Virus record (IMG/VR): IMGVR_UViG_3300022555_000009
Reading direction: 5' to 3' (one strand)
From: a virus
DNA: 64,000 nt
Both the position numbers and the translations under genes were made by a program. Shown piece after piece: positions 20,762 to 28,087 of this stretch. A model generated the notes under the pieces. That model searched no databases. It saw only the letters and a list, made by a program, of their open reading frames with translations, and was not told the DNA's origin. The stretch's first letter is position 1. Each line of letters starts with the position of its first letter.

Positions 20762-20830
20762 AGCAGGGAGAATGGGATTCAGTGAGGTCTCATAAGCCTT
20801 ATCTCGTCGGTCCGACTCCGACCTCTGCTA
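20762..20830 (+). tRNA. tRNA-Met(CAT), short D-arm
   Basis: AGCAGGG/CTCTGCT acceptor; CT-CAT-AA loop. Confidence 0.75.
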
Positions 20831-21183
20831 TAGGTACTAGCGAGTTTTGACCTCGCCATCAGACCGAAGGTAGCAACTCGCCTCAAGTAGTTGCCATCGT
20901 AGGTACCGGATGATTACGGTTCGCGAGTCCTTCTTCTTCGTTTCTCTCCTTTGAAGCTGGCCAGCTTCTCTTTTTCTCAAATCTGTTTTCTAAGGAATGT
21001 ATCGTGGTTACTAAGGAACTTGGTGAGTGTAAGATTTGTGGCGTGCCGCTTTTTGCTGAGGGGCTTAGTCCTCGCCAGCTTGAGGCTTTCGGGGCCACAG
21101 GAATGTGTCCTGATTGCAGTCGCAAGACGTACAAGTCGATGAAGGATGATCCCTACCCTGATTGGGACGATTAAACGAACGAA

Positions 21184-21305
21184 GGGGGTGTGTTGATTCG
21201 AAGCTTATGAAGATTAGATCCAACGGAAATGCCTAAAACACGAACGGATCTGTACCTTAAACGGTTGCTTTGTAAGTTGACGGGGAGTCAAATCCCCCAC
21301 CTCCA
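21184..21305 (+). ncRNA. Miniature tmRNA-like RNA (tRNA-like domain with almost no mRNA domain)
   Basis: GGGGGTG/CACCTCC-A acceptor with G3-U70, GATTCGA, long P2 helix, GAC then T-arm. Confidence 0.7.
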
Positions 21306-21315
21306 CTATTACTAT

Positions 21316-21388
21316 GCGTCATTCGTATAATGGCTAATTATTCCATCCTTCCAAGTTGGAGATAAGGGTTCAATTCCCTTATGACGCT
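21316..21388 (+). tRNA. tRNA-Gly(TCC)
   Basis: Cloverleaf; CT-TCC-AA loop. Confidence 0.85.
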
Positions 21389-21389
21389 T

Positions 21390-21897
21390 TCACTGATTTG
21401 TTTTCGAGGGTCAATACCTGAAGGCCCGCCAAAGATGACTACTAAGCCAGGTAGAGAGATCGGAGCTGCTCAAATCGTGCAGCGGTGATGATTGAACTCT
21501 ATTTGAGGCCATCTAGATTATGAATCAGAATCCTCGCATTCGTGTGAGACTAATAATTTGTAAAAGAAGGTGTAGGCTACATAAGATCGGTCGTCGAAGT
21601 TAGCCGAAACAAACTATGTGCATGACCCGTCCCACAGAGAACGTTGTTCTCTACCGGAAAGCTCGCGTGGCAAGCGTTAATCGCGAGACGGTTTCAATCA
21701 CCGTAAAGTGTTGTGAGCCTTAGAGTATTGAGGCAAGAGTGATATACTAATATCGACTATTATGGTACAATCTCCCTCGTGATTCATGGGGACTGCCTTA
21801 GCGAGCCTACTGAGGAGGAAGCAGTATTTTGGGGAGAATCACGTAACACTTATTGACAACCATATCTAAGTGCACCCGTACGATAACCGGGTTCTTT
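21390..21897 (+). ncRNA. Candidate large structured ncRNA (~500 nt)
   Basis: No ORF of 60 aa or more in any frame, many hairpins, inside the tRNA array, ends in hairpin plus T-run. Confidence 0.45.
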
Positions 21898-21912
21898 TTA
21901 AGGTAGCAATAA

Positions 21913-22395
21913 TTGAAGTCAAAAGATGTATCTAAGTTCGATATTGATTGGCAAGTTTTTAGGGTTAGCTTAAAGAAGCTAACAACGAATATAGATAAGG
22001 CCGAGGCGTCCGCCGAATACTTAATGGAGCATCCTAACCGAGCAGATCGGGAAAGGATACTGAATTACTTGCAGGGACTCGCGATCGCTTATCGAGGCCA
22101 AGAAAGGAAAGATGTAGAGGATATTGCCGAATCTTTATCTGAATTACCCGTATCGGATGAGAACAAGATAAATGTAGACTTTAGTAAGTATGATAAGAAA
22201 ACTCTGCTAGGTGTTGCACGTGATCTAATGTCTCGTACAGTAAAGTGGTTGAAAAAGGGATATAGACACGAGGAGCAAATATCGTTTTTGAAGAGTCTTC
22301 TTAAGTATATTGGTGCTACCAATATTGAAGACGAGTTAGATGATCAGATACTACTTTCAAAGACTGTGCCAAACACACATAAGTTTCTATTTTAA
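21913..22395 (+). CDS. Hypothetical protein
   Basis: 160-aa ORF with TAAGG RBS. Confidence 0.6.
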   Translation: MKSKDVSKFDIDWQVFRVSLKKLTTNIDKAEASAEYLMEHPNRADRERILNYLQGLAIAYRGQERKDVEDIAESLSELPVSDENKINVDFSKYDKKTLLGVARDLMSRTVKWLKKGYRHEEQISFLKSLLKYIGATNIEDELDDQILLSKTVPNTHKFLF

Positions 22396-22397
22396 AT

Positions 22398-22469
22398 GCA
22401 GTATTAACTCAGTGGTAGAGTACGTGCTTGCCAAGTACGAGGCCAAGGGTTCAAATCCCTTATACTGCT
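22398..22469 (+). tRNA. tRNA-Gly(GCC)
   Basis: Cloverleaf; TT-GCC-AA loop. Confidence 0.9.
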
Positions 22470-22475
22470 CTCAAT

Positions 22476-22546
22476 GGCCCATTCTTCTAAAGGTAGGAAG
22501 GGAGACTTTCAATCTTCAAACGTCGGATCGTTACCGGCATGGGCTA
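22476..22546 (+). tRNA. tRNA-Glu(TTC)
   Basis: Cloverleaf; CT-TTC-AA loop. Confidence 0.8.
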
Positions 22547-22570
22547 TATCTACAATGTGAGGTTCTCTAA

Positions 22571-22750
22571 ATGAAGACTAAATTGTACAAAATTGTTACT
22601 GCAAAGGACGACCAGTGGCTTGAATCGAAGGTCAATGATCTTCTGCCAAAGGGATGGGAACCCCTGGGGGCCCCTTTTGTGGGCCAGAGTTACGCCCATC
22701 AGGCAATGGTTATGATCTCCGAAGATTCTTGGACAGGCGGCCCGAGATAA
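22571..22750 (+). CDS. DUF1737-like small protein
   Basis: YKIV....LESKVNDLL.KGWEPLG......HQAMV pattern; GAGG RBS. Confidence 0.6.
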   Translation: MKTKLYKIVTAKDDQWLESKVNDLLPKGWEPLGAPFVGQSYAHQAMVMISEDSWTGGPR

Positions 22751-22760
22751 TATAATTTAT

Positions 22761-22834
22761 GGCTCTGTAGTGGAATGGTTAACACACCTGTTTCTCAGAC
22801 AGCGAGAGTCCCGGTTCGAATCCGGGTAGAGCTA
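22761..22834 (+). tRNA. tRNA-Glu(CTC)
   Basis: Cloverleaf; TT-CTC-AG loop. Confidence 0.8.
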
Positions 22835-22883
22835 AATTCTATAATAGCTAAGGCGATATCTCCGACTAATTAATTTAGGAGCG

Positions 22884-23219
22884 TTGAATAAAATGGGTAA
22901 GTTTGATATTGGAGTAAACCAGGAACTTTTCGATCCTGAGGATATTACAGGACATATTGACGAGAAATCATATCTCAAATATATCAGGAAATTCCAGGGA
23001 CTCGGTCACAGATACGGAGATGAAATTTCCGATCAGATTATGTCGGACGCTTTAGATATTCTCACTGCAACTGCTCGAGCGAAAAATTGGGAAGGTGTTT
23101 TGGAAGACCTGGCTGAATCCGATGCCTTCTATGAGATCACTACAGTACTAGCGCAGAATTTTATCGACGGCATCGAGGATAATTGGATCGGTCCTATTCA
23201 GGGATCCAATAGTCGCTGA
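22884..23219 (+). CDS. Hypothetical protein (late motif upstream)
   Basis: ACTAATTA at 22865 and AGGAG RBS. Confidence 0.55.
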   Translation: MNKMGKFDIGVNQELFDPEDITGHIDEKSYLKYIRKFQGLGHRYGDEISDQIMSDALDILTATARAKNWEGVLEDLAESDAFYEITTVLAQNFIDGIEDNWIGPIQGSNSR

Positions 23220-23281
23220 AAATAGAAAATAGTATGGAGCTCGACGCTCTATATTGTATACATACAAAGGAGAACCTATAT

Positions 23282-23467
23282 ATGAAGGCAAAGAGAACGA
23301 ACCGCAAGGGGCGTATTGCGGGATCGACCTCAGTCACTATTGATGAGGCGGAGACCATCGAGAAGATGTATGCGAAGGCTCAGGCGACTATCGTCCGAGA
23401 CATCGCGAGGGACACCGATCGATCCGTCAGTACTGTCAGGCGCGTAGTTTTCGGCACTCTCGGTTAA
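23282..23467 (+). CDS. Small HTH-like protein
   Basis: IVRDIARDTDRSVSTVRRVV helix-turn-helix-like segment; AAGGAG RBS. Confidence 0.5.
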   Translation: MKAKRTNRKGRIAGSTSVTIDEAETIEKMYAKAQATIVRDIARDTDRSVSTVRRVVFGTLG

Positions 23468-23500
23468 ATTACAAACAAGGGGCTTAATCGCCCCTAATAT

Positions 23501-23574
23501 GACTCCATCGTTTACGTTGGCTAAGACATCACCCTGTCACGGTGAAGTAGGCGGATCGACACCGCCTGGGGTCG
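23501..23574 (+). tRNA. tRNA-Asp(GTC)
   Basis: Cloverleaf; CT-GTC-AC loop. Confidence 0.85.
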
Positions 23575-23914
23575 TCAAAGTCCAACCGCAGTCGGGAAAC
23601 GCGGCACTGGCAGCTACAGAGTGTATCCTTCACTCATAAGGATGTAGTACTTTCAAACCGGCAAAGAGTTCAAAGCTTGAGAAAGGGATCGGATCCCCGG
23701 AGGCAGGAAGAGACGTACGTCGGTATTCCAGACTCTTTTTTTAATTAAAACAATTAAGATTAAATAAATAAGGTTGCTGGTTGATTCTACCTCGCGCCTA
23801 AACCAACATATGAGCGGGGTTCGTTGCAAAGAATCGGAAAACCTTGAGGAGCATAATGCTCACGAAGGAAACAAGATGTGGTTTTCGAAGTTTCCATTCC
23901 AGTAATTTTCTTAT

Positions 23915-23996
23915 GGGTAGGTCACCTAGTGGCGATGGTAGCGGTCTGTAAAACCGTGACGTAGAAACACCGAAGGTTCGAGTCCTTCTCTGCCCA
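23915..23996 (+). tRNA. tRNA-Tyr(GTA)
   Basis: Cloverleaf with variable arm; CT-GTA-AA loop. Confidence 0.9.
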
Positions 23997-24210
23997 GTAC
24001 CAGTCTAATTCACTGCGGACTTAAATTCAAGTGACGTCATGATGCCCGAGAATTATCCGTTCAAATTACTGCTGGTCAAAACGTAAAAAGAAAAGCAGCG
24101 CATTGTGGGTCCCTGCGTCATGTGCCCATAAAAAAAGAGGTGGTTGTCAGGCGCCTCGTCCGGTAGAACTGATACGAGGGTGGTTCCTTGTGCAGCTGAC
24201 TATTTTTTAT

Positions 24211-24290
24211 GCCTCGGTGGTGGAATGCATACATGCTGGTCTTAGAAACCAGTGCCGAAAGGATTGAGGGTTCAAATCCCTCTCGGGGCA
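24211..24290 (+). tRNA. tRNA-Leu(TAG)
   Basis: Cloverleaf with variable arm. Confidence 0.9.
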
Positions 24291-24454
24291 ATATAAGGTT
24301 ATCCGATCGACTAGTATACAGGCCAAGAGAGGTCGAGTCCAGGTTCGGATTAAAGCGATTACTCGTGGCGAGGCCTTGCTAGCTTCCCGGGTGCTTGAGC
24401 GTAAGGGGGCCAGAACACAGCCCCGCAGCTTGTATATGGTAACCTTTTGTTTTT

Positions 24455-24571
24455 CGGGTGGTGGCCCAGCGGTAGAGGCGGAAGTTATAAAAATGTGTCT
24501 CGTTCAGTAGACATTAACCGCAGCATAAAATAAGGAACTTCTAGTCGTAGGTTCGAATCCTACCTGCCCGG
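24455..24571 (+). tRNA. tRNA interrupted by a ~44-nt hairpin element; spliced anticodon probably AAG (Leu)
   Basis: CGGGTGG/CTGCCCG acceptor, GAAGT/ACTTC anticodon stem with a 51-nt loop; removing 24487-24530 leaves TT-AAG-GA. Confidence 0.7.
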
Positions 24572-24575
24572 CCTA

Positions 24576-24633
24576 TAGACACTTGCAGCAATCAAATAAA
24601 AACAAATCTGTAAAATTTGAAAAAGCGTGTCTA
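24576..24633 (+). ncRNA. Permuted hairpin element enclosing an isolated Tyr(GTA) anticodon stem-loop
   Basis: TAGACAC..CAGCAA..[CAAAT-CTGTAAA-ATTTG]-AAAAA..GTGTCTA. Confidence 0.65.
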
Positions 24634-24655
24634 GTTTTTAAAGTAAGGAGTACAT

Positions 24656-24826
24656 ATGGGAATTGGTGATATGGTTAAACTGAAGAGCGGTGGGCCTAAT
24701 ATGGTGGTGGTATCCTCAATAACCAGAGATGGCTTATGCTGGGTCACAACTAATTGGTTTGGGAAAGATTCAGACGTTAATGTTTACGAAGATTCCTTCC
24801 CAGTAGACTGTCTTTATACTCCATAA
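24656..24826 (+). CDS. YodC / DUF2158 family protein
   Basis: GDMVKLKSGGPNMVV...WF motif; TAAGGAG RBS. Confidence 0.75.
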   Translation: MGIGDMVKLKSGGPNMVVVSSITRDGLCWVTTNWFGKDSDVNVYEDSFPVDCLYTP

Positions 24827-24832
24827 GATTAC

Positions 24833-24905
24833 GGCGTCGTAGCCCAAAGGCAGAGGCAATGGACTTAAAATCCATACAGTTTGGGTTCGAGTCCCAATGG
24901 CGCTA
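24833..24905 (+). tRNA. tRNA-Leu(TAA), short variable loop
   Basis: Cloverleaf; CT-TAA-AA loop. Confidence 0.85.
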
Positions 24906-24909
24906 TTGT

Positions 24910-24982
24910 GGCTTCTTAGCCCAAAGGCAGAGGCGATAGTTTCAAAAACTATACAGTCTGGGTTCGAGTCCCAGAGGAGCTA
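24910..24982 (+). tRNA. tRNA-Leu(CAA), short variable loop
   Basis: Cloverleaf; TT-CAA-AA loop. Confidence 0.85.
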
Positions 24983-25020
24983 TTTTTAGCGGTTCCGTCA
25001 GAAGATGATTGTTGTAAAAC

Positions 25021-25105
25021 GACCCCCGTTCTGGACATCGGTCTTCTAAACCGATTCCATTAAATAGTTCAGCGGAGGTGTGAGGTTCAACTCCTCCGGG
25101 GGCCA
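25021..25105 (+). tRNA. Atypical D-arm-less tRNA-Arg(TCT)
   Basis: Acceptor, ATCGGT-CTTCTAA-ACCGAT arm and T-arm present; no D-arm; long variable region. Confidence 0.6.
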
Positions 25106-25180
25106 TCGAGAGTAAATGAAATTAGGGTTCGAGTCCCTTCGAAATCACTGAGAACTAATTACATTACAAAAGGAATACTA

Positions 25181-25771
25181 TTGAAGAAATTCACCTGTGT
25201 TTTCGTATTGATCTTTGCGTTATGTAATGGTTATGCAGCTCCGTTCTTTCCTGATTTTCAATGGCCCATGGGAAACGGATATGGTAATGATGTAAAGATA
25301 ACTAGTCCTTTCGGTTACAGAAGCGATGTCTTTTTACCTGGTCAAGGCGGCGATGATAGCTCAATGCACTTCGCCTTAGACATGATTCCGAAGGATGGAT
25401 CGTATAAAGTAGTACCTATCCTGGCAGCTTACGACGGTACAGCAGTTGATGTGTACCCTGCACCAGGCGGCAAGTTTAGAGGTCATCCCACTTTCGGTGG
25501 ATGTGTACTTCTGAAGCATGATTTGGGTATTGTAGATGGTAAGCATATATATGCATACACCTTCTATGCTCATATGAAAGAAGTAGATATTTCTACGAAA
25601 GAGAAAGTTAAGAAAGGCGAACTTATAGGAGTTATGGGTAGTACTGGTAAGTCTGACGGAGCTCACTTACATTTTGAGATCAGGTTTGATCCACGGAATT
25701 TCCTGCAGGTTACCTCGCCTCCTAAAATATTCATGACATGCACGTCTCTTATACAGTTTAATAGGAAATGA
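25181..25771 (+). CDS. M23 family peptidase with signal peptide (endolysin-like)
   Basis: ITSPFGYR, HFALD, YAHM and GSTGKSDGAHLHFE motifs. Confidence 0.88.
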   Translation: MKKFTCVFVLIFALCNGYAAPFFPDFQWPMGNGYGNDVKITSPFGYRSDVFLPGQGGDDSSMHFALDMIPKDGSYKVVPILAAYDGTAVDVYPAPGGKFRGHPTFGGCVLLKHDLGIVDGKHIYAYTFYAHMKEVDISTKEKVKKGELIGVMGSTGKSDGAHLHFEIRFDPRNFLQVTSPPKIFMTCTSLIQFNRK

Positions 25772-25772
25772 A

Positions 25773-25967
25773 ATGGATGAAGTGAAAGATGTACCTATTG
25801 TACCCCCTAAAGAAGAGAAGGTAACGTACACCGTCTTAGGATCGACAGGTCTTTTCAGAGAGGAAGGTATTGTCAATGAGCGATGGACTTATAATGGAAT
25901 GACTTTAGTATCCTTTAAAAATAAATCTATTGTGGTGAATTCTGATATTTGCGTTCCTGTAGAGTAA
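25773..25967 (+). CDS. Hypothetical protein
   Basis: ORF directly after the M23 gene. Confidence 0.45.
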   Translation: MDEVKDVPIVPPKEEKVTYTVLGSTGLFREEGIVNERWTYNGMTLVSFKNKSIVVNSDICVPVE

Positions 25968-25973
25968 TTACAA

Positions 25974-26044
25974 TCTTCCTTAGATCAATGGTAGATCGCA
26001 GGCCTTTGGATCCTGCTACGCTTGTTCGATTCAGGCAGGGAGAA
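25974..26044 (+). tRNA. tRNA-Gln(TTG)
   Basis: Cloverleaf; CT-TTG-GA loop. Confidence 0.8.
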
Positions 26045-26058
26045 TTAGCTATTTTCGA

Positions 26059-26289
26059 TGTTCTGTAGCTCAACTGGAAGACCAGAGACTTCGAGTCTCA
26101 CTTAGTCTGATCCAATTAAGAGAAATCAATCCTCGTTCGTATAAAAGTGGTACAAGGGTCTCTGAAACCCTAGGAGGTTGGTCAGTACAACCACGGGGAA
26201 TAAATTGAACTTCGCCGAAAAGTAACTACCAATTATAGTAGAGGTTCAATATGAAATGTTTGAAGTTAGGTTCAAGCCCTAGCAGGACA
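26059..26289 (+). pseudogene. Split tRNA-Arg(TCG): 5' part 26059-26100 and T-arm/acceptor 26262-26289, with tRNA-Gln nested inside
   Basis: TGTTCTG/CAGGACA acceptor halves about 220 nt apart. Confidence 0.6.
26130..26200 (+). tRNA. tRNA-Gln(CTG)
   Basis: TCCTCGT/ACGGGGA acceptor; CT-CTG-AA loop; atypical T-loop. Confidence 0.75.
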
Positions 26290-26297
26290 ATCAACAT

Positions 26298-26370
26298 CTA
26301 GATGTAGCTCAGTTGGTAGAGCGGGTGGTTTGGGACCATCAGGTCGGAGGTTCGACCCCTCTTATCTAGA
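26298..26370 (+). tRNA. tRNA-Pro(TGG)
   Basis: Cloverleaf; TT-TGG-GA loop. Confidence 0.9.
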
Positions 26371-26396
26371 CTAAGTATTTATATGAGGGTAGAGTT

Positions 26397-26735
26397 GTGA
26401 TTATAAGAAAATTCTTGTTAGGAGCAGAGAAAGAGGGAGTTGCCTTAGCCAGCGGCATCAGTGATTTTATCACTGGTCTTGAGTCGACCCCTGGAGTCAA
26501 GGTTCTTGAAAAGACGACTAAGCATATCGTCGTGGCTTTAGAAGCCAACATCGATATTATTTCTTCGCGGGCGCCTTTTCAGAAGGCATTCGATGACTTG
26601 GAAGCTAAGGTCAAGAAAGACATCGAGGCTTTAGGTAACGTTACTGTGAGGGACGTTGTGGACTTTGACATTAACGTGGTGAAGCGTCTGTACTTGTTCG
26701 TCAAAAAGGTAGTCCAGAAGATTTTTAAAAAGTAA
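26397..26735 (+). CDS. Hypothetical protein
   Basis: ACTAAGTA motif and GAGG RBS upstream. Confidence 0.55.
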   Translation: MIIRKFLLGAEKEGVALASGISDFITGLESTPGVKVLEKTTKHIVVALEANIDIISSRAPFQKAFDDLEAKVKKDIEALGNVTVRDVVDFDINVVKRLYLFVKKVVQKIFKK

Positions 26736-26745
26736 AGTCCAATAT

Positions 26746-26859
26746 TAAGACACCTACAGCATAAAAGTTCCGGTTTCGGAAAGTAGCTCAGCAGGTAGAG
26801 CACAGGACCTCCATAAGTACTGGGTCGTTGGTTCGAATCCAACCTAAAAAGGTGTCTTG
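26746..26859 (+). tRNA. Circularly permuted tRNA (anticodon loop contains CAT/CCA) inside a permuted hairpin element
   Basis: 3' acceptor piece TTCCG-G precedes 5' CGGAAAG; gene body ends at CCAAC-CT; flanked by TAAGACACC/GGTGTCTTG. Confidence 0.7.
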
Positions 26860-26878
26860 AATTTAAATCGAAAAATAT

Positions 26879-26920
26879 TTGCCACGGATCTATCATATAA
26901 TCTTATATGATATACATAAG
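26879..26920 (+). promoter_or_regulatory. Putative early promoter variant
   Basis: TTGCCAC-N-CTTATATGATATACATAAG. Confidence 0.5.
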
Positions 26921-27084
26921 AGTGGGAAAGCACACTAATTAAACATGGGAGGAGAAAGTACAATGAAAAAGTCCGAGACTATAGTCACAGCAACTAATAC
27001 AAGTTTCTCTTTCTGGGCCAATCATAATAAAGGATGGGTGTCTACGGATATAGCATGATAATATTTCATGTACAGACCGAAGAC

Positions 27085-27111
27085 ACCAGAGACTAAAATC
27101 TCTGGTTTTTT
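27085..27111 (+). terminator. Rho-independent terminator
   Basis: ACCAGAGA/TCTCTGGT hairpin followed by a T-run. Confidence 0.6.
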
Positions 27112-27114
27112 AAT

Positions 27115-27187
27115 GGGCTTATAGTATAACGGCATATTATGGTAGCCTTGCAAGCTTCAGATCAGAGTTCGACTCTCTGTAGGTCCA
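27115..27187 (+). tRNA. tRNA-Ala(TGC)
   Basis: G3-U70 pair; CT-TGC-AA loop. Confidence 0.85.
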
Positions 27188-27196
27188 CTTTTTCAT

Positions 27197-27270
27197 TTCA
27201 CAGTAGTTCAGCTGGAAGTAACGTCTGACTGTTAATCAGAAGGTCCCTGGTTCGATCCCAGGCTGTGGAG
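27197..27270 (+). tRNA. tRNA-Asn(GTT)
   Basis: Cloverleaf; CT-GTT-AA loop. Confidence 0.9.
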
Positions 27271-27281
27271 CTCTTTTTTTT

Positions 27282-27357
27282 GCGAGCATATCCCCTCACT
27301 CTGATAAGGTGTTGAAAGGGTAGTTGGCGCAGGGAGGTTCAATTCCTCCGGCTCGCA
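27282..27357 (+). tRNA. Atypical D-arm-less tRNA-Ile(GAT)
   Basis: GCGAGC/GCTCGC acceptor, CACT-CTGATAA-GGTG arm, TAGTTGG in the variable region, T-arm. Confidence 0.6.
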
Positions 27358-27400
27358 TCAGGGAGGTAAGCGGGCACGTACGGGCAGCGCACTCCCGCAT

Positions 27401-27471
27401 AGGCCTTTGGTGAAATGGTATCACTTCGGTTTCCAAGTCCGACGTTGTGGGTTCGATTCCTACAAGACCTG
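27401..27471 (+). tRNA. tRNA-Trp(CCA)
   Basis: Cloverleaf; TT-CCA-AG loop. Confidence 0.8.
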
Positions 27472-27486
27472 TCTCAGTTTTTCATC

Positions 27487-27557
27487 GCCAGATTAGTATA
27501 GTGGCATTACGAGTGACTTGTAATCTTTAAACAGGGGTTCGATTCCTCTATCTGGCT
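27487..27557 (+). tRNA. tRNA-Thr(TGT)
   Basis: Cloverleaf; CT-TGT-AA loop. Confidence 0.8.
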
Positions 27558-27565
27558 TCTTCATT

Positions 27566-27640
27566 GCTCGGTTCGCCTAGCGGCTATGGCACCACCCCTA
27601 CAAGATGGCAATACCGGAGGTTCGAGTCCTCCACCGAGCA
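27566..27640 (+). tRNA. tRNA-Val(TAC)
   Basis: Cloverleaf; CC-TAC-AA loop. Confidence 0.8.
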
Positions 27641-27883
27641 CTACGAGAGGGATTATAAATGGACATTGAAGAGATCCGAAACTTTATAGATAGGTACGAA
27701 GCAGGCCTTGTCGACGCTGCTGACTTTGTTGATAATTGTAATGAAATAATTGATGTGTTTAAAAGATATATTGATTTATACGCAGCAACACATAGCTAAT
27801 AAAAGGTAGGTATAGGAAATGGTAATTTTCCGATTAGGTAAACGCCCTAGAAAAGCAATCGTTAAGCGACCTTAAATTCTAGG

Positions 27884-27932
27884 GCCTATTACGGATAGCA
27901 TGGTCGAATCCAGAAGACTTTTAATCTTCCAC
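27884..27932 (+). pseudogene. Truncated tRNA-Lys(TTT), no T-arm
   Basis: GGAT/ATCC D-stem and GAAGA-CTTTTAA-TCTTC arm, then runs into an RNA-ligase fragment. Confidence 0.55.
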
Positions 27933-28031
27933 AAACGAAAATTAGCAACGGTCCAGGTAATCAAGACCGTGGAACCTATTGAAAATGCTGACAGCATTGT
28001 TAAGCTCACCTTTGAAAGCATGGGTTGATCT
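27933..28031 (+). pseudogene. Dead 5' fragment of the RNA ligase gene
   Basis: KRKLATVQVIKTVEPIENADSIVKLTFESMG*S aligns with KRKLATIQSIDKVIPIEGADNIVKITFKNIGWS of 28828. Confidence 0.85.
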
Positions 28032-28087
28032 TTTCTCGGTCTCCTACTAATTGGTTAGAGATTGATACCAATTTAGCAGGAGACATA

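Noticed and set aside
25121-25148. Additional tRNA (AGGG-TTCGAGT-CCCT)
   Set aside because: Only an isolated T-arm; no matching 5' half found
26965-27000. Possible fifth hairpin element (AAAAAGTC-CGA-GACT...CAGCAA)
   Set aside because: Only a 4-bp stem, no tRNA context, and it lies within a small ORF with a good RBS
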